A stretch of 61,529 bases of DNA from the NCBI GenBank assembly GCA_964497135.1, contig CAZCDO010000002.1, forward strand, positions 1-61,529, read 5' to 3'. This document shows, piece after piece, positions 1 to 7,952 of the stretch. The stretch's first letter is position 1. Each line of letters opens with the position of its first letter. The notes under the pieces were generated by a model that was not told where the DNA came from, did no database searches, and saw only the letters and a program-made list of their open reading frames with translations. The DNA is from an uncultured Verrucomicrobiota bacterium. GTDB lineage: Bacteria; Verrucomicrobiota; Kiritimatiellia; CAIKKV01; CAIJXV01. Position numbers and translations under genes: made by a program.

Positions 1-520
1 TCGGCTTGGTCGGGTCCAAATCGCTGGAATGCAGAAAATAACTGTTCACTTCCAGAATCCGGCCAAAGGCCCCCTTTTCAATCAGGGCGCCGATCCGTTG
101 GACCGCCGGGTGAAACGGGAACTCGGAGGAGCACCGGACAAAGACCTTGGGATGGGCCGCGCATTCGGCCAGGATCGCCGCGTTGGCGGCGGCGTCGATT
201 CCAAACGGCTTTTCTCCTAACAGATGCTTCCCTGCGCGAATGATCGCCGTGTATAACTCGGCATGCAGGTTGTGGGGAACGGCGCAATACACCGCCTCCA
301 CCGACGGATTGGCCAGCAGTTCCCGGTAATCCCCGGTGAACTGGCGCACCGCGACAAAGTTGTCCTGGTACCAGGTGAGGATCGCCGGATTCTTATCGCA
401 GACAGCCACAATTTCAGGCCGGACCCCCATATCGGTCAGATGCGCCCATCGGGCGGCGGCACTGGCGAATTCACGGCCCATCAAACCGGCGCCGATGATT
501 CCAAAACGTACGGTGCGCAT
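1..520 (-). CDS. Gfo/Idh/MocA-family NAD(P)-dependent oxidoreductase (partial; C-terminus lies beyond the window start)
   Basis: Reverse-strand ATG at 518-520. My translation MRTVRFGIIGAGLMGREFASAAARWAHL... carries the N-terminal GxGxxG Rossmann motif of this family. The frame stays open to position 1, so there is no stop in the window and it is absent from the ORF track. Confidence 0.8.
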   Translation of the reverse strand, partial: MRTVRFGIIGAGLMGREFASAAARWAHLTDMGVRPEIVAVCDKNPAILTWYQDNFVAVRQFTGDYRELLANPSVEAVYCAVPHNLHAELYTAIIRAGKHLLGEKPFGIDAAANAAILAECAAHPKVFVRCSSEFPFHPAVQRIGALIEKGAFGRILEVNSYFLHSSDLDPTKP

Positions 521-529
521 GCCGGCTCC

Positions 530-1903
530 TTATTGACAGCCCAGTTCGCGGGCGGTTTCACCAATGGCTTCGTCGATCATGTCCAGCCCTTTCAGCAGGG
601 CATCCTCATCCATGACAATCGGGGGACTCATTCGCAGGATATGCCCGGCCGGAATCCACGCCAGCCCCTTGCGGAAGGCCTTTTGATAAACCATTTTGCC
701 GGCTTCCGGGAAGGGCGTTTTCGCGGTGCGATCCTTGACCAGTTCGATCCCCATCAGACAGCCTTTGGCGCGCACATCGCCGACGATACGGTGAGTGGCC
801 TTCATTTTTTCCATGCGCTTTTGAGCCACATCCCCCAAACGGCGGGCATGCGCCAGCAAGCCTTCCTCCTCGATCACTTCGATGCTCGCCAGGGCCGCGG
901 CGCAGGCCATCGGATTGCCGCCGTAACTGCTCGACGCCGAAATCGACTCAAAGGATTCCATGTAGGGTTCCCGTACCGCCACACACGTCACCGGGAATCC
1001 ATTGCCAAACCCCTTGCCCAGGGTCACCACGTCCGGCACGACATCCCAATGCGACATGCAAATCCACTCGCCGGTCCGCCCCCAACTGGTCAGCACTTCG
1101 TCGGCCATCAACAAAATCTTGCGATCGGTGCAGAACTTCCGCAGTTTCGGGAAGAAATCGTCGGGCGGCATCACCGACCCGCCCCACCCCTGGATCGGTT
1201 CCAGAACGAAGGCCGCCACATTGTGGACCGTCCCTTTATCGAGATATTCGTCGTAAAATTTCAGGTATTGGTCGGTGTCGATCGTTCCATCGGGCTTCGT
1301 CCACATCGGCCGGTAACAGTCGGGCCGCGGGACCATGTGCATGCCCGGCGCGCGCACCGCCCCGTAAACGGGCGACCGGATATGACCGAGCGACACGCTG
1401 CCATAGGTTTTGCCGTGATAATCATAGAAACAGGAAATCAATTCATGCTGGTGGGTGGCTGCCCGGCAGACCCGCATCCCCGCCTCGACCGCCGTGGTCC
1501 CGGAATCGTACAACTGGTATCCCTTGAGATCGCCGGGCAGCGTCTGCGCCAGTTTCTCCATCAGTTGCGTCTTGATCGGGGTCGTGAAATCGTGCGCGTT
1601 CATCAGTTGACCGGCCGCCTTTTGCACCGCCTCGGTCACTTTGGGATGGCAATGACCCAATGTGGTCACATAAATTCCCGACGAAAAATCCAGGTATTCG
1701 TTGCCGTCCACATCTTTCAATACACACCCATGGCCCGATTCGAAGGCGACCGGGAACAGCTTCACCTGTTCGCTCAGCCCTTTGAAATTCTTGGTGCAGC
1801 GAGCATGCAAGGCTTTCGATTTCGGGCCGGGAACCTCACTCGTCACAATTCGGGGAATGGCTTTCAAATCAACCCGCGCCCAATTCGTTTTTCGGGAATT
1901 CAT
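530..1903 (-). CDS. Class-III PLP-dependent aminotransferase
   Basis: 457-aa ORF with ATG at 1901-1903 preceded by GGAGG. Motifs LMADEVLTSWGRTGE and VTLGKGFGNG (PLP-lysine context) are typical of class III transaminases. It has a 4-nt ATGA overlap with the upstream DeoR gene. Confidence 0.9.
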   Translation of the reverse strand: MNSRKTNWARVDLKAIPRIVTSEVPGPKSKALHARCTKNFKGLSEQVKLFPVAFESGHGCVLKDVDGNEYLDFSSGIYVTTLGHCHPKVTEAVQKAAGQLMNAHDFTTPIKTQLMEKLAQTLPGDLKGYQLYDSGTTAVEAGMRVCRAATHQHELISCFYDYHGKTYGSVSLGHIRSPVYGAVRAPGMHMVPRPDCYRPMWTKPDGTIDTDQYLKFYDEYLDKGTVHNVAAFVLEPIQGWGGSVMPPDDFFPKLRKFCTDRKILLMADEVLTSWGRTGEWICMSHWDVVPDVVTLGKGFGNGFPVTCVAVREPYMESFESISASSSYGGNPMACAAALASIEVIEEEGLLAHARRLGDVAQKRMEKMKATHRIVGDVRAKGCLMGIELVKDRTAKTPFPEAGKMVYQKAFRKGLAWIPAGHILRMSPPIVMDEDALLKGLDMIDEAIGETARELGCQ

Positions 1904-2673
1904 CGTTTTACCTCCTGGATGGTTGTCATTTTGTTGAACTGCTTCCGAATCTCCCCCCCCTTGCCGGAGGTGGTAATCCAGAGATCGAAATCTTTCAGGC
2001 TCCCATAGGCGGCATTCCCCGGGGCGCCAATTTTAGTGTGATCGGCCAGCAAGACTTTGCGCCGTCCGCGCCGCAACATGATCTGGGTGGTTCGGGCCAC
2101 CTCGGAATCGAGCGTGAGGCATTGTCCGGCTGGATTGATGGCGTCAGCCCCTAAAAAGACGAGGTCAAATTCGAGATTTTCGAGAACCCGCTCGGTCAAT
2201 TGTCCGCCCAGGAAATGGCCATCCTCGTGATATCGGCCACCGAGAATATTCAGGGCAATCCGGGGGAACCGGCACAATTCGCCGATCATGGCGATGGAAT
2301 TGGTATAGACCGTCAAGGGCGCCCGATCGCCCAGATGGGCCGCCAGGTGAAACGTGGTCGAGCCGTCATTGATCAACAATGTGGCCCCGGGCCTGATCGT
2401 ACGGGCCGCCTCGCGCCCGATCGCGCGTTTGAACTCAAAATTATGGGCGACCCGTTGATGATAGGCGGTTTCCAAAGCCGCCCGGCCGGCCTGGATACAC
2501 CCGCCATGCGTGCGTAAAATCGCGCCGCTGGCCTCCAAGGCCGCCAGATCCCGGCGAATGGTCAAAGGCCCCACCTGTAAAACAACGGCCAATTCCTCAA
2601 CCCGCCACTCGCGCTGGGTCGCGCGCAGGCGGCTGAGTATGCTCTCCTGCCGTAATTGGGTCTTCCGGTTCAT
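1900..2673 (-). CDS. DeoR/GlpR-family transcriptional regulator
   Basis: 257-aa ORF with an N-terminal winged HTH (VEELAVVLQVGPLTIRRDLAALE) and a C-terminal DeoR sugar-phosphate sensor region (VFLGADAI). It is divergent from the glycerate kinase gene. Confidence 0.9.
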   Translation of the reverse strand: MNRKTQLRQESILSRLRATQREWRVEELAVVLQVGPLTIRRDLAALEASGAILRTHGGCIQAGRAALETAYHQRVAHNFEFKRAIGREAARTIRPGATLLINDGSTTFHLAAHLGDRAPLTVYTNSIAMIGELCRFPRIALNILGGRYHEDGHFLGGQLTERVLENLEFDLVFLGADAINPAGQCLTLDSEVARTTQIMLRRGRRKVLLADHTKIGAPGNAAYGSLKDFDLWITTSGKGGEIRKQFNKMTTIQEVKR

Positions 2674-2803
2674 CCCGCTCCTGATAAAACCAATCAGAAT
2701 TCTTGTACGTTATGAACATTCCTGGATATTGGCAAGAAGTTTTTACGGTGGGTTAGCACTTGACGCACCCCCCGCTTCAGCCTATACGCTAACGGCCTTA
2801 TTT

Positions 2804-4183
2804 ATGACGACCCAGCCCCTCAAGTATCGCGCAGATGCGGAACAAATCTGGCGCGCAGGTCTCGCCGCCGTGGAGCCCCGCGCCGCCCTGCGCCGCATCC
2901 TCCATCGAAACGGCGCCGGACTCGAGGTGGACCGCTGGGGTTGGACCCCCAAACCCGGTGCGTCCGTCATCGTGATCGGCGCCGGAAAGGCGGCCGCCGC
3001 CATGGCCACCGCAGTCGTTGAAATCCTGGGGGGGTCGGATTCCGGATGTCCCCCCATCCCCCTCCGCGGTCTGGTCAATGTCCTCGATGAACAGGCCGGC
3101 CAGGCAGGCCCCATCCCTCTGCACGGCGCACGGCCAGCCGGAAATCCACTCCCGACCGATGCGGGGGTCGCGGGGTCCCAAACCATGCTTGACCTCGTCC
3201 ATTCCGCCGGCCCGGATGATCTCGTGCTGTGTCTCATTTCCGGCGGCGCTTCGGCTTTGCTTCCCTGCCCGCCCCCGGGCATCTCCATTGCCGATAAACG
3301 CGCCCTCACCACCCTCCTCAGCCGGAGTGGCGCCGATATTCGGGAATTGAATATCGTTCGCAAACACCTTTCCCAAATCAAGGGCGGGCACCTCGCCGCT
3401 GCCAGCCGCGCTGGAATCTGGATATCCCTCATCATCAGCGATGTGATCGGCAACCCGCTCGATGTGATCGCCTCCGGACCCACGGTTCCCGATCCCTCCA
3501 CCTTCGCCGACGCCTGGGCGGTTCTCGAAAAATATCAGGCCCTCGCGGACGCTCCTCCCGCCTGTCTCCACCATTTGAGACGCGGATGCGGCGGACACCT
3601 CCCCGAAACTCTGAAACAGCGCCCCGACTCGATCCACAACCTGCTCATCGCCGATAATGCCGGCGCGTTGGAAGGCGCCGCGGAGTGCGCCCGTCAACGG
3701 GGCTATGCCGTCCTCTCGCTCGGTTCCGATCTGGCCGGTGAAAGCTGGGATCTCGGCATCCATCTCGCTGAATTGGGACGGGACGTATTCCGCAGGGTCG
3801 GCCCGATCCGTCCCCCCGCCTGCATTCTCTCGGGTGGCGAAACCGTTGTCAGCCGCGTCGCTCCCGACGGGAAGGGCGGCCGTAACCAGGAATTGGCGCT
3901 CGCATTCCTCAGTCAAATCCCGGCCGTTGACCGGTCCGGTCTCACTCTCTTGTCGGGCGGGACCGATGGCGAGGATGGCCCCACGGATGCCGCCGGCGCC
4001 TGGGCCGATGCCTCGCTTGCCGCCGAGGCGGTCCGCCGGGGACTCGACCTCCCCGATTTCCGGCAACACAGTCGTTCCTACGATTTCTTCCGGACGATCC
4101 AGGGCCTCTTCATCACCGGTCCCACCGGCACCAATGTCATGGACCTCCGCGTCCTCCTAATCCCCAACGAACGGGAACCATGA
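2804..4183 (+). CDS. Glycerate 2-kinase / hydroxypyruvate reductase family (DUF4147 + MOFRL)
   Basis: I chose the internal ATG at 2804 because the upstream part of the 2510 ORF overlaps the DeoR gene. Motifs seen: VIVIGAGKAAAAMA, SGGETVV...GKGGRNQELAL and LLSGGTDGEDGPTDAAGA. Confidence 0.85.
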   Translation: MTTQPLKYRADAEQIWRAGLAAVEPRAALRRILHRNGAGLEVDRWGWTPKPGASVIVIGAGKAAAAMATAVVEILGGSDSGCPPIPLRGLVNVLDEQAGQAGPIPLHGARPAGNPLPTDAGVAGSQTMLDLVHSAGPDDLVLCLISGGASALLPCPPPGISIADKRALTTLLSRSGADIRELNIVRKHLSQIKGGHLAAASRAGIWISLIISDVIGNPLDVIASGPTVPDPSTFADAWAVLEKYQALADAPPACLHHLRRGCGGHLPETLKQRPDSIHNLLIADNAGALEGAAECARQRGYAVLSLGSDLAGESWDLGIHLAELGRDVFRRVGPIRPPACILSGGETVVSRVAPDGKGGRNQELALAFLSQIPAVDRSGLTLLSGGTDGEDGPTDAAGAWADASLAAEAVRRGLDLPDFRQHSRSYDFFRTIQGLFITGPTGTNVMDLRVLLIPNEREP

Positions 4184-6057
4184 ATGTTCTATTGATCACC
4201 CCCCCGATGGTCCAAATCAATTCGCCTTATCCGGCCGTGCCCCGTCTAGCCGCATTTCTCCGCGCCAAAGGAATTGAAGTCGCTCAGGCCGATGCCGCTC
4301 TCCGTCTCGCCCTCCGCCTGTTTTCGCCCGACGGCATCACCCGCATCACCCGCGAACTCGCCCTCAAACCGGCCCGTCTCCAACCGTCTGGTCGCGCCTT
4401 TCTCGCTCAGGCGTCCCACTATCGGGCCACCATCGCCCCCCTCCTCAGGTTCCTTCGCGGGGACGATCCGGCCCTCGCCTATCGCATCGTTAACTCGGAT
4501 TTTTTACCCAAAGGCGCCCGGTTTGACTGGCTCGAAAAGGCCGATGAAGATCCCCTCCTGCCCGCCTTCGGTTCCCTCGGCATCCAGGATCGCGCCCGCT
4601 ACCTCGCAGGCCTCGTGCTGGAAGATCTCACCGACGCCATCCGTGAAAATATTGCGCCGGAATTCGATCTGGCCCGTTACGGGGAACGCCTCGCCCTGTC
4701 CGCCCCGTCCTTCGACCCTCTCGAAGCCGCCCTCTCGGCGAAGCCGAACCTGGTCGATCGGCTGATCGAACGGATCGCGCTCGAACTGGCCCGTCATCAT
4801 CGCCCCGGCCTCGTGGGCTTTTCGATCCCCTTCCCCGGCACGGTCTACGCCGCTTTCCGCATGGCGCATGTTTTTAAGCGACACAATCCCTCGGTCTCCA
4901 TTGTTTTTGGCGGTGGCTATCCCTCGACCGAATGGCGACAGATCTCGGATTCCCGCGTGTTCAAACGCATCGATCACATCGTCCTGGATGATGGCGAGTT
5001 GCCGCTGTTGAATCTCATACGCCGCAGGCTGAAACCAGCGGCCCGTATCCCGCTCATCCGCACTTTTTCCGCCGTTGCATCGACCGTCGTCTATCACGCG
5101 GGTCCTCCGCGCCATGTAAGCCTCAGCCGTCTGCCGACTCCCGATTTCTCCGCTCTCAATCTCCGCGATTACATCCCCTTTCCCACCTCGCTGAATCCCA
5201 TGCTCCGTCTCTGGTCCGATGGACGTTGGAATAAACTCACCCTCGCCCAGGGCTGTTATTGGCATCGCTGTCGATTCTGCGATACCACCCTCGATTATAT
5301 CCGCCGCTATGATCCCGCCCCCATCCCCCGCATCCTGCGCTGGATCGAAGACCTGTGTGAGACCACCGGACAAAACGCCTTCCACTTCGTCGACGAAGCC
5401 GCCCCGCCCGCCCTGCTCGGTCAACTCGCCGATGCCATCCGACATCGGGGCCTGACGCTCTCCTGGTGGGTCAATATTCGCTTCGATCCCGGCTTCACGC
5501 CCGATCTCGTACGGCGGATGTCGGCGGCCGGTTGTATCGCGGTAAGCGGTGGGTTGGAAGCAGCCGAACAACGCTGTAATTCACTTTTGAATAAGGGTTT
5601 TGAACTCGACTCCGCCGTGCGAGTGATCGATCGATTCGCCCAAGTCGGGATACTGACCCACGCCTACCTGATGTACGGCATTCCCACTCAAACCACCCGG
5701 GAAGTCATCGATGCGCTGGAACTGGTCCGCCAACTCTTTGCCGCCGGCGCACTCCATTCGGCCTTCTGGCATCGTTTCGCGCTGACCGTCCACAGTCCCC
5801 TGGCCCAAAGCTGTCACCCCTTGCCCGGCATCACCGTTCTGCCTCCGACGCCGGGGGGATTTTCACGCAACGAATGCGGGTTTGTGGATACGACGGGAAC
5901 CGATTTTGACGCCTTGGGACTGGGACTTCAGCGGGCGTTGTTGAATTATTTACATGGGCTGGAATTGGAACGTCCCCTGCGCGATTGGTTCTCCAACCGG
6001 ATGCCCCGCCCCTCGATCACCCCCGGGACCGTCAGCCGCTGGATCAGACGCCTCTGA
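4180..6057 (+). CDS. B12-binding-domain radical SAM protein (class B-like)
   Basis: 625-aa ORF whose ATG at 4180 overlaps the glycerate-kinase stop (ATGA). The N-terminal region (MNVLLITPPMVQINSPYPAVPRLAAFLRAKGIEV) resembles a cobalamin-binding domain. The CxxxCxxC radical SAM cluster motif is present as CYWHRCRFCD. Confidence 0.8.
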   Translation: MNVLLITPPMVQINSPYPAVPRLAAFLRAKGIEVAQADAALRLALRLFSPDGITRITRELALKPARLQPSGRAFLAQASHYRATIAPLLRFLRGDDPALAYRIVNSDFLPKGARFDWLEKADEDPLLPAFGSLGIQDRARYLAGLVLEDLTDAIRENIAPEFDLARYGERLALSAPSFDPLEAALSAKPNLVDRLIERIALELARHHRPGLVGFSIPFPGTVYAAFRMAHVFKRHNPSVSIVFGGGYPSTEWRQISDSRVFKRIDHIVLDDGELPLLNLIRRRLKPAARIPLIRTFSAVASTVVYHAGPPRHVSLSRLPTPDFSALNLRDYIPFPTSLNPMLRLWSDGRWNKLTLAQGCYWHRCRFCDTTLDYIRRYDPAPIPRILRWIEDLCETTGQNAFHFVDEAAPPALLGQLADAIRHRGLTLSWWVNIRFDPGFTPDLVRRMSAAGCIAVSGGLEAAEQRCNSLLNKGFELDSAVRVIDRFAQVGILTHAYLMYGIPTQTTREVIDALELVRQLFAAGALHSAFWHRFALTVHSPLAQSCHPLPGITVLPPTPGGFSRNECGFVDTTGTDFDALGLGLQRALLNYLHGLELERPLRDWFSNRMPRPSITPGTVSRWIRRL

Positions 6058-6058
6058 A

Positions 6059-7339
6059 TTAAAGAACGGGCTCGCCGGTCTGAATGTCCACCGGCCGGCC
6101 GCCCAGAGCGATGCTGCGATTAGCCGCAATCCCGATCAAGACCGCCTGGATCCCCTCCTCCAAAATAGCCCTTCGCCCCAGGGGATCCGGCTCGTTGGTC
6201 GGGCGAAAAATCATCTGCTGCAATTGAGAATCGGCCCCGCCGTGGGAACCCTCGATCGGCGGAGGGGTGATATCTGATTCAGCCTGGTCGTCATAGGGCG
6301 CGTTATAGGTCAATCGATCATATTGCTGGCCGCTTTGAACCAGGGAGGAATCGCCCCGGCGTTTACGGCCCACCGACCATGCCGTGCTCTGTCTCAAATT
6401 CCATTCGAGACGCCCGTTCGTTCCTTCCAAAGCCACTTGCTGGCCTTCATAGGAGGAATAGGCAACCAGGGAGTAACTGACTTGAACCCCGTTTTCATAG
6501 CTGATCGACAGGTTGGCCGTGTCGGTGATGTCGATTTCCTCGCCGAACACACACTGGTCGCGGAAATATCCGTCCTCCGCTTCCACCTCTTTAAAAAGAC
6601 GGCGTAACAGGTCGTTGTTAAACACATCGGCAAAAAACGTACACTCCCCGGCATGGGCGCATCCCGAACAACGCGCCCCCCGGAACGGCCCATTTTTGCC
6701 ATAAAAAAACAATCCGCCTTGCGCACTGACCCGCCGGGGACGACTGCCGACCCACCAGTTGATCAAATCGAAATGATGGCTGGCCTTCTGCAACAACAAT
6801 CCCCCGCTCTGCCGGAAATCCCGATGCCACCGTCGGAAATAATCGGCCCCGTGGTAACGGTCCAGCAATTCATGGAACGTAATGTGGCGGATATCGCCAA
6901 TCCGGCCCGCCTGGATTTCACGCTTGACCGCTTGGGCGGCGGGAAGAAATCGGGCATTGTGCGTTACCCAAGCGGGACGCGCCGCCCGGCGGACCGCCTC
7001 GCGAATCTGGCAAACCTGCTCAAACGTGGTACAGAGCGGCTTTTCACAATAGACTTCCAGGCCCGCCGCCAACCCGCGCGCCACGTAATCCGCGTGCGTC
7101 GCGTCGGTGGAAGCCACCATCAAGGCATCGGGCTTGGCGACCCGGATCATCTCGTCAAACGAGGCGAAAACGGGAATGGACGTCTTGAGAATTTCGTTGC
7201 ACGCCTGGGCCCGCCCCGGGTTCACATCGAACAAACCCACCGGCTCGGCCACATCGGAAAATTCCCGGATCAGGGGTGACACCCAGGAATAGGTGGATCG
7301 CGTGCCGGTCCCCGCAAATGCAAATCGACGCTGGGTCAT
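6059..7339 (-). CDS. Gfo/Idh/MocA-family oxidoreductase
   Basis: I chose the internal ATG at 7337-7339 (MTQRRFAFAGTGTRS...). It has an N-terminal Rossmann region and a C-terminal Gfo/Idh/MocA alpha/beta region. The longer 7459 start would run through a dispersed repeat. Confidence 0.85.
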   Translation of the reverse strand: MTQRRFAFAGTGTRSTYSWVSPLIREFSDVAEPVGLFDVNPGRAQACNEILKTSIPVFASFDEMIRVAKPDALMVASTDATHADYVARGLAAGLEVYCEKPLCTTFEQVCQIREAVRRAARPAWVTHNARFLPAAQAVKREIQAGRIGDIRHITFHELLDRYHGADYFRRWHRDFRQSGGLLLQKASHHFDLINWWVGSRPRRVSAQGGLFFYGKNGPFRGARCSGCAHAGECTFFADVFNNDLLRRLFKEVEAEDGYFRDQCVFGEEIDITDTANLSISYENGVQVSYSLVAYSSYEGQQVALEGTNGRLEWNLRQSTAWSVGRKRRGDSSLVQSGQQYDRLTYNAPYDDQAESDITPPPIEGSHGGADSQLQQMIFRPTNEPDPLGRRAILEEGIQAVLIGIAANRSIALGGRPVDIQTGEPVL

Positions 7340-7415
7340 ACGCAATAAACTCCTTAATGAACAGGTAAATATCCCAAAACCGGGTACAAGTTGCAATCCG
7401 CTTTTATTTTTCGCG

Positions 7416-7449
7416 AGGGCTCGAACTCCCGTACCCCACAGAAATGCAG
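7416..7449. repeat. 34-bp dispersed direct repeat, copy 1 (agggctcgaactccNgtaNcccacagaaatgcag)
   Basis: Matches 54050-54083 in the same orientation at 32 of 34 positions (hand alignment). It lies about 80-110 nt upstream of the 6059-7339 gene start. Confidence 0.7.
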
Positions 7450-7488
7450 AAAGAGCCATAAATCCTTTCTGGCCAACCTGTTATCCTG

Positions 7489-7517
7489 TCAAAACTCTTT
7501 GAACTGCCGAATCTAGG
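7489..7517. repeat. Left arm of a perfect 29-bp inverted repeat bracketing the giant-protein gene
   Basis: tcaaaactctttgaactgccgaatctagg is the exact reverse complement of 12923-12951. I checked this base by base, and the match breaks on both sides. Confidence 0.9.
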
Positions 7518-7523
7518 ATATTC

Positions 7524-7739
7524 TCACGCAAAGTCGCTGAGTTCGCCAAGGTCCTGATAGCCGCGCGACGAGCCCGCCGCCAGGCTGGCGGGTGCCTCGC
7601 GCGGCTGCTCCTTCGGGACCCCCGCGACTCTTTAAACGGGCTCAGACGCGAGGTGCACGATCACGCCCCGTGAGCGCTCACCACGCGGCTTGGCTTTCCC
7701 CCTCGCGCCCCCCTCTGAGACCTTTGCGACTTTGCGTGA
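7524..7739. repeat. 216-bp GC-rich palindromic (MITE/REP-like) element
   Basis: It has 14-bp perfect terminal inverted repeats: tcacgcaaagtcgc (7524-7537) and gcgactttgcgtga (7726-7739). An internal 10-bp stem pairs agccgcgcga (7559-7568) with tcgcgcggct (7597-7606), with a nested cccgcc/ggcggg stem. The region is non-coding. Confidence 0.6.
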
Positions 7740-7898
7740 AAACAATCCGATCCGGAGAGCGGAGGGAGGATCCGATCCATCCCCGTTTTCACCGGTCCAT
7801 CCAATCTTTTGAATATACTCACCGGTCAAATAATGAGGCTTTTCTCCATTTCCCCGGAATTTGTCCTGCGCCCGATGGGGCGGAGGCGCTCAATCGGC

Positions 7899-7926
7899 TT
7901 GATATTTCGCAGAAATATTGTACAAT
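7899..7926 (+). promoter_or_regulatory. Sigma70-like promoter candidate for the giant-protein gene
   Basis: TTGATA (7899-7904), a 16-nt spacer, then TACAAT (7921-7926). GGAG at 7940-7943 and the ATG at 7953 follow. Confidence 0.4.
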
Positions 7927-7952
7927 TATTCAAATTTACGGAGATAAAATCC

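Noticed and set aside
263-2008. 581-aa plus-strand ORF, the longest in its region
   Set aside because: It lies antisense to the well-supported aminotransferase (530-1903) and to the oxidoreductase N-terminus. Its translation is Arg/Gly/His/Pro-rich with no recognisable motifs. This is a typical shadow ORF in GC-rich DNA.
2798-5571. Long minus-strand ORFs 2798-4069 (423 aa), 2782-3501 and 4504-5571 (355 aa)
   Set aside because: They are antisense to the glycerate kinase and radical SAM genes, which carry clear family motifs. The composition is biased (G/A/R/E-rich) and no start context supports them.
7411-7455. Possible tRNA or tRNA fragment suggested by the ...gggctcgaactcc... motif (reverse-complemented T-loop look-alike); also at 54045-54090
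   Set aside because: I could not build a complementary T-stem, an acceptor stem or an anticodon arm for either copy on either strand. I kept it only as a dispersed repeat.
7809-7952. N-terminal extensions offered by the ORF track, for example 7809 for the giant gene, 2510 for glycerate kinase, 17356 for the kinase, 42863 and 44065 for the MFP and RND genes, 28524 for the GspC-like gene and 7459 for the oxidoreductase
   Set aside because: The extensions overlap upstream genes or repeats and lack protein-like sequence. Internal ATGs give canonical N-termini (signal peptides, family starts), often with ATGA-type coupling or a GGAGG upstream.
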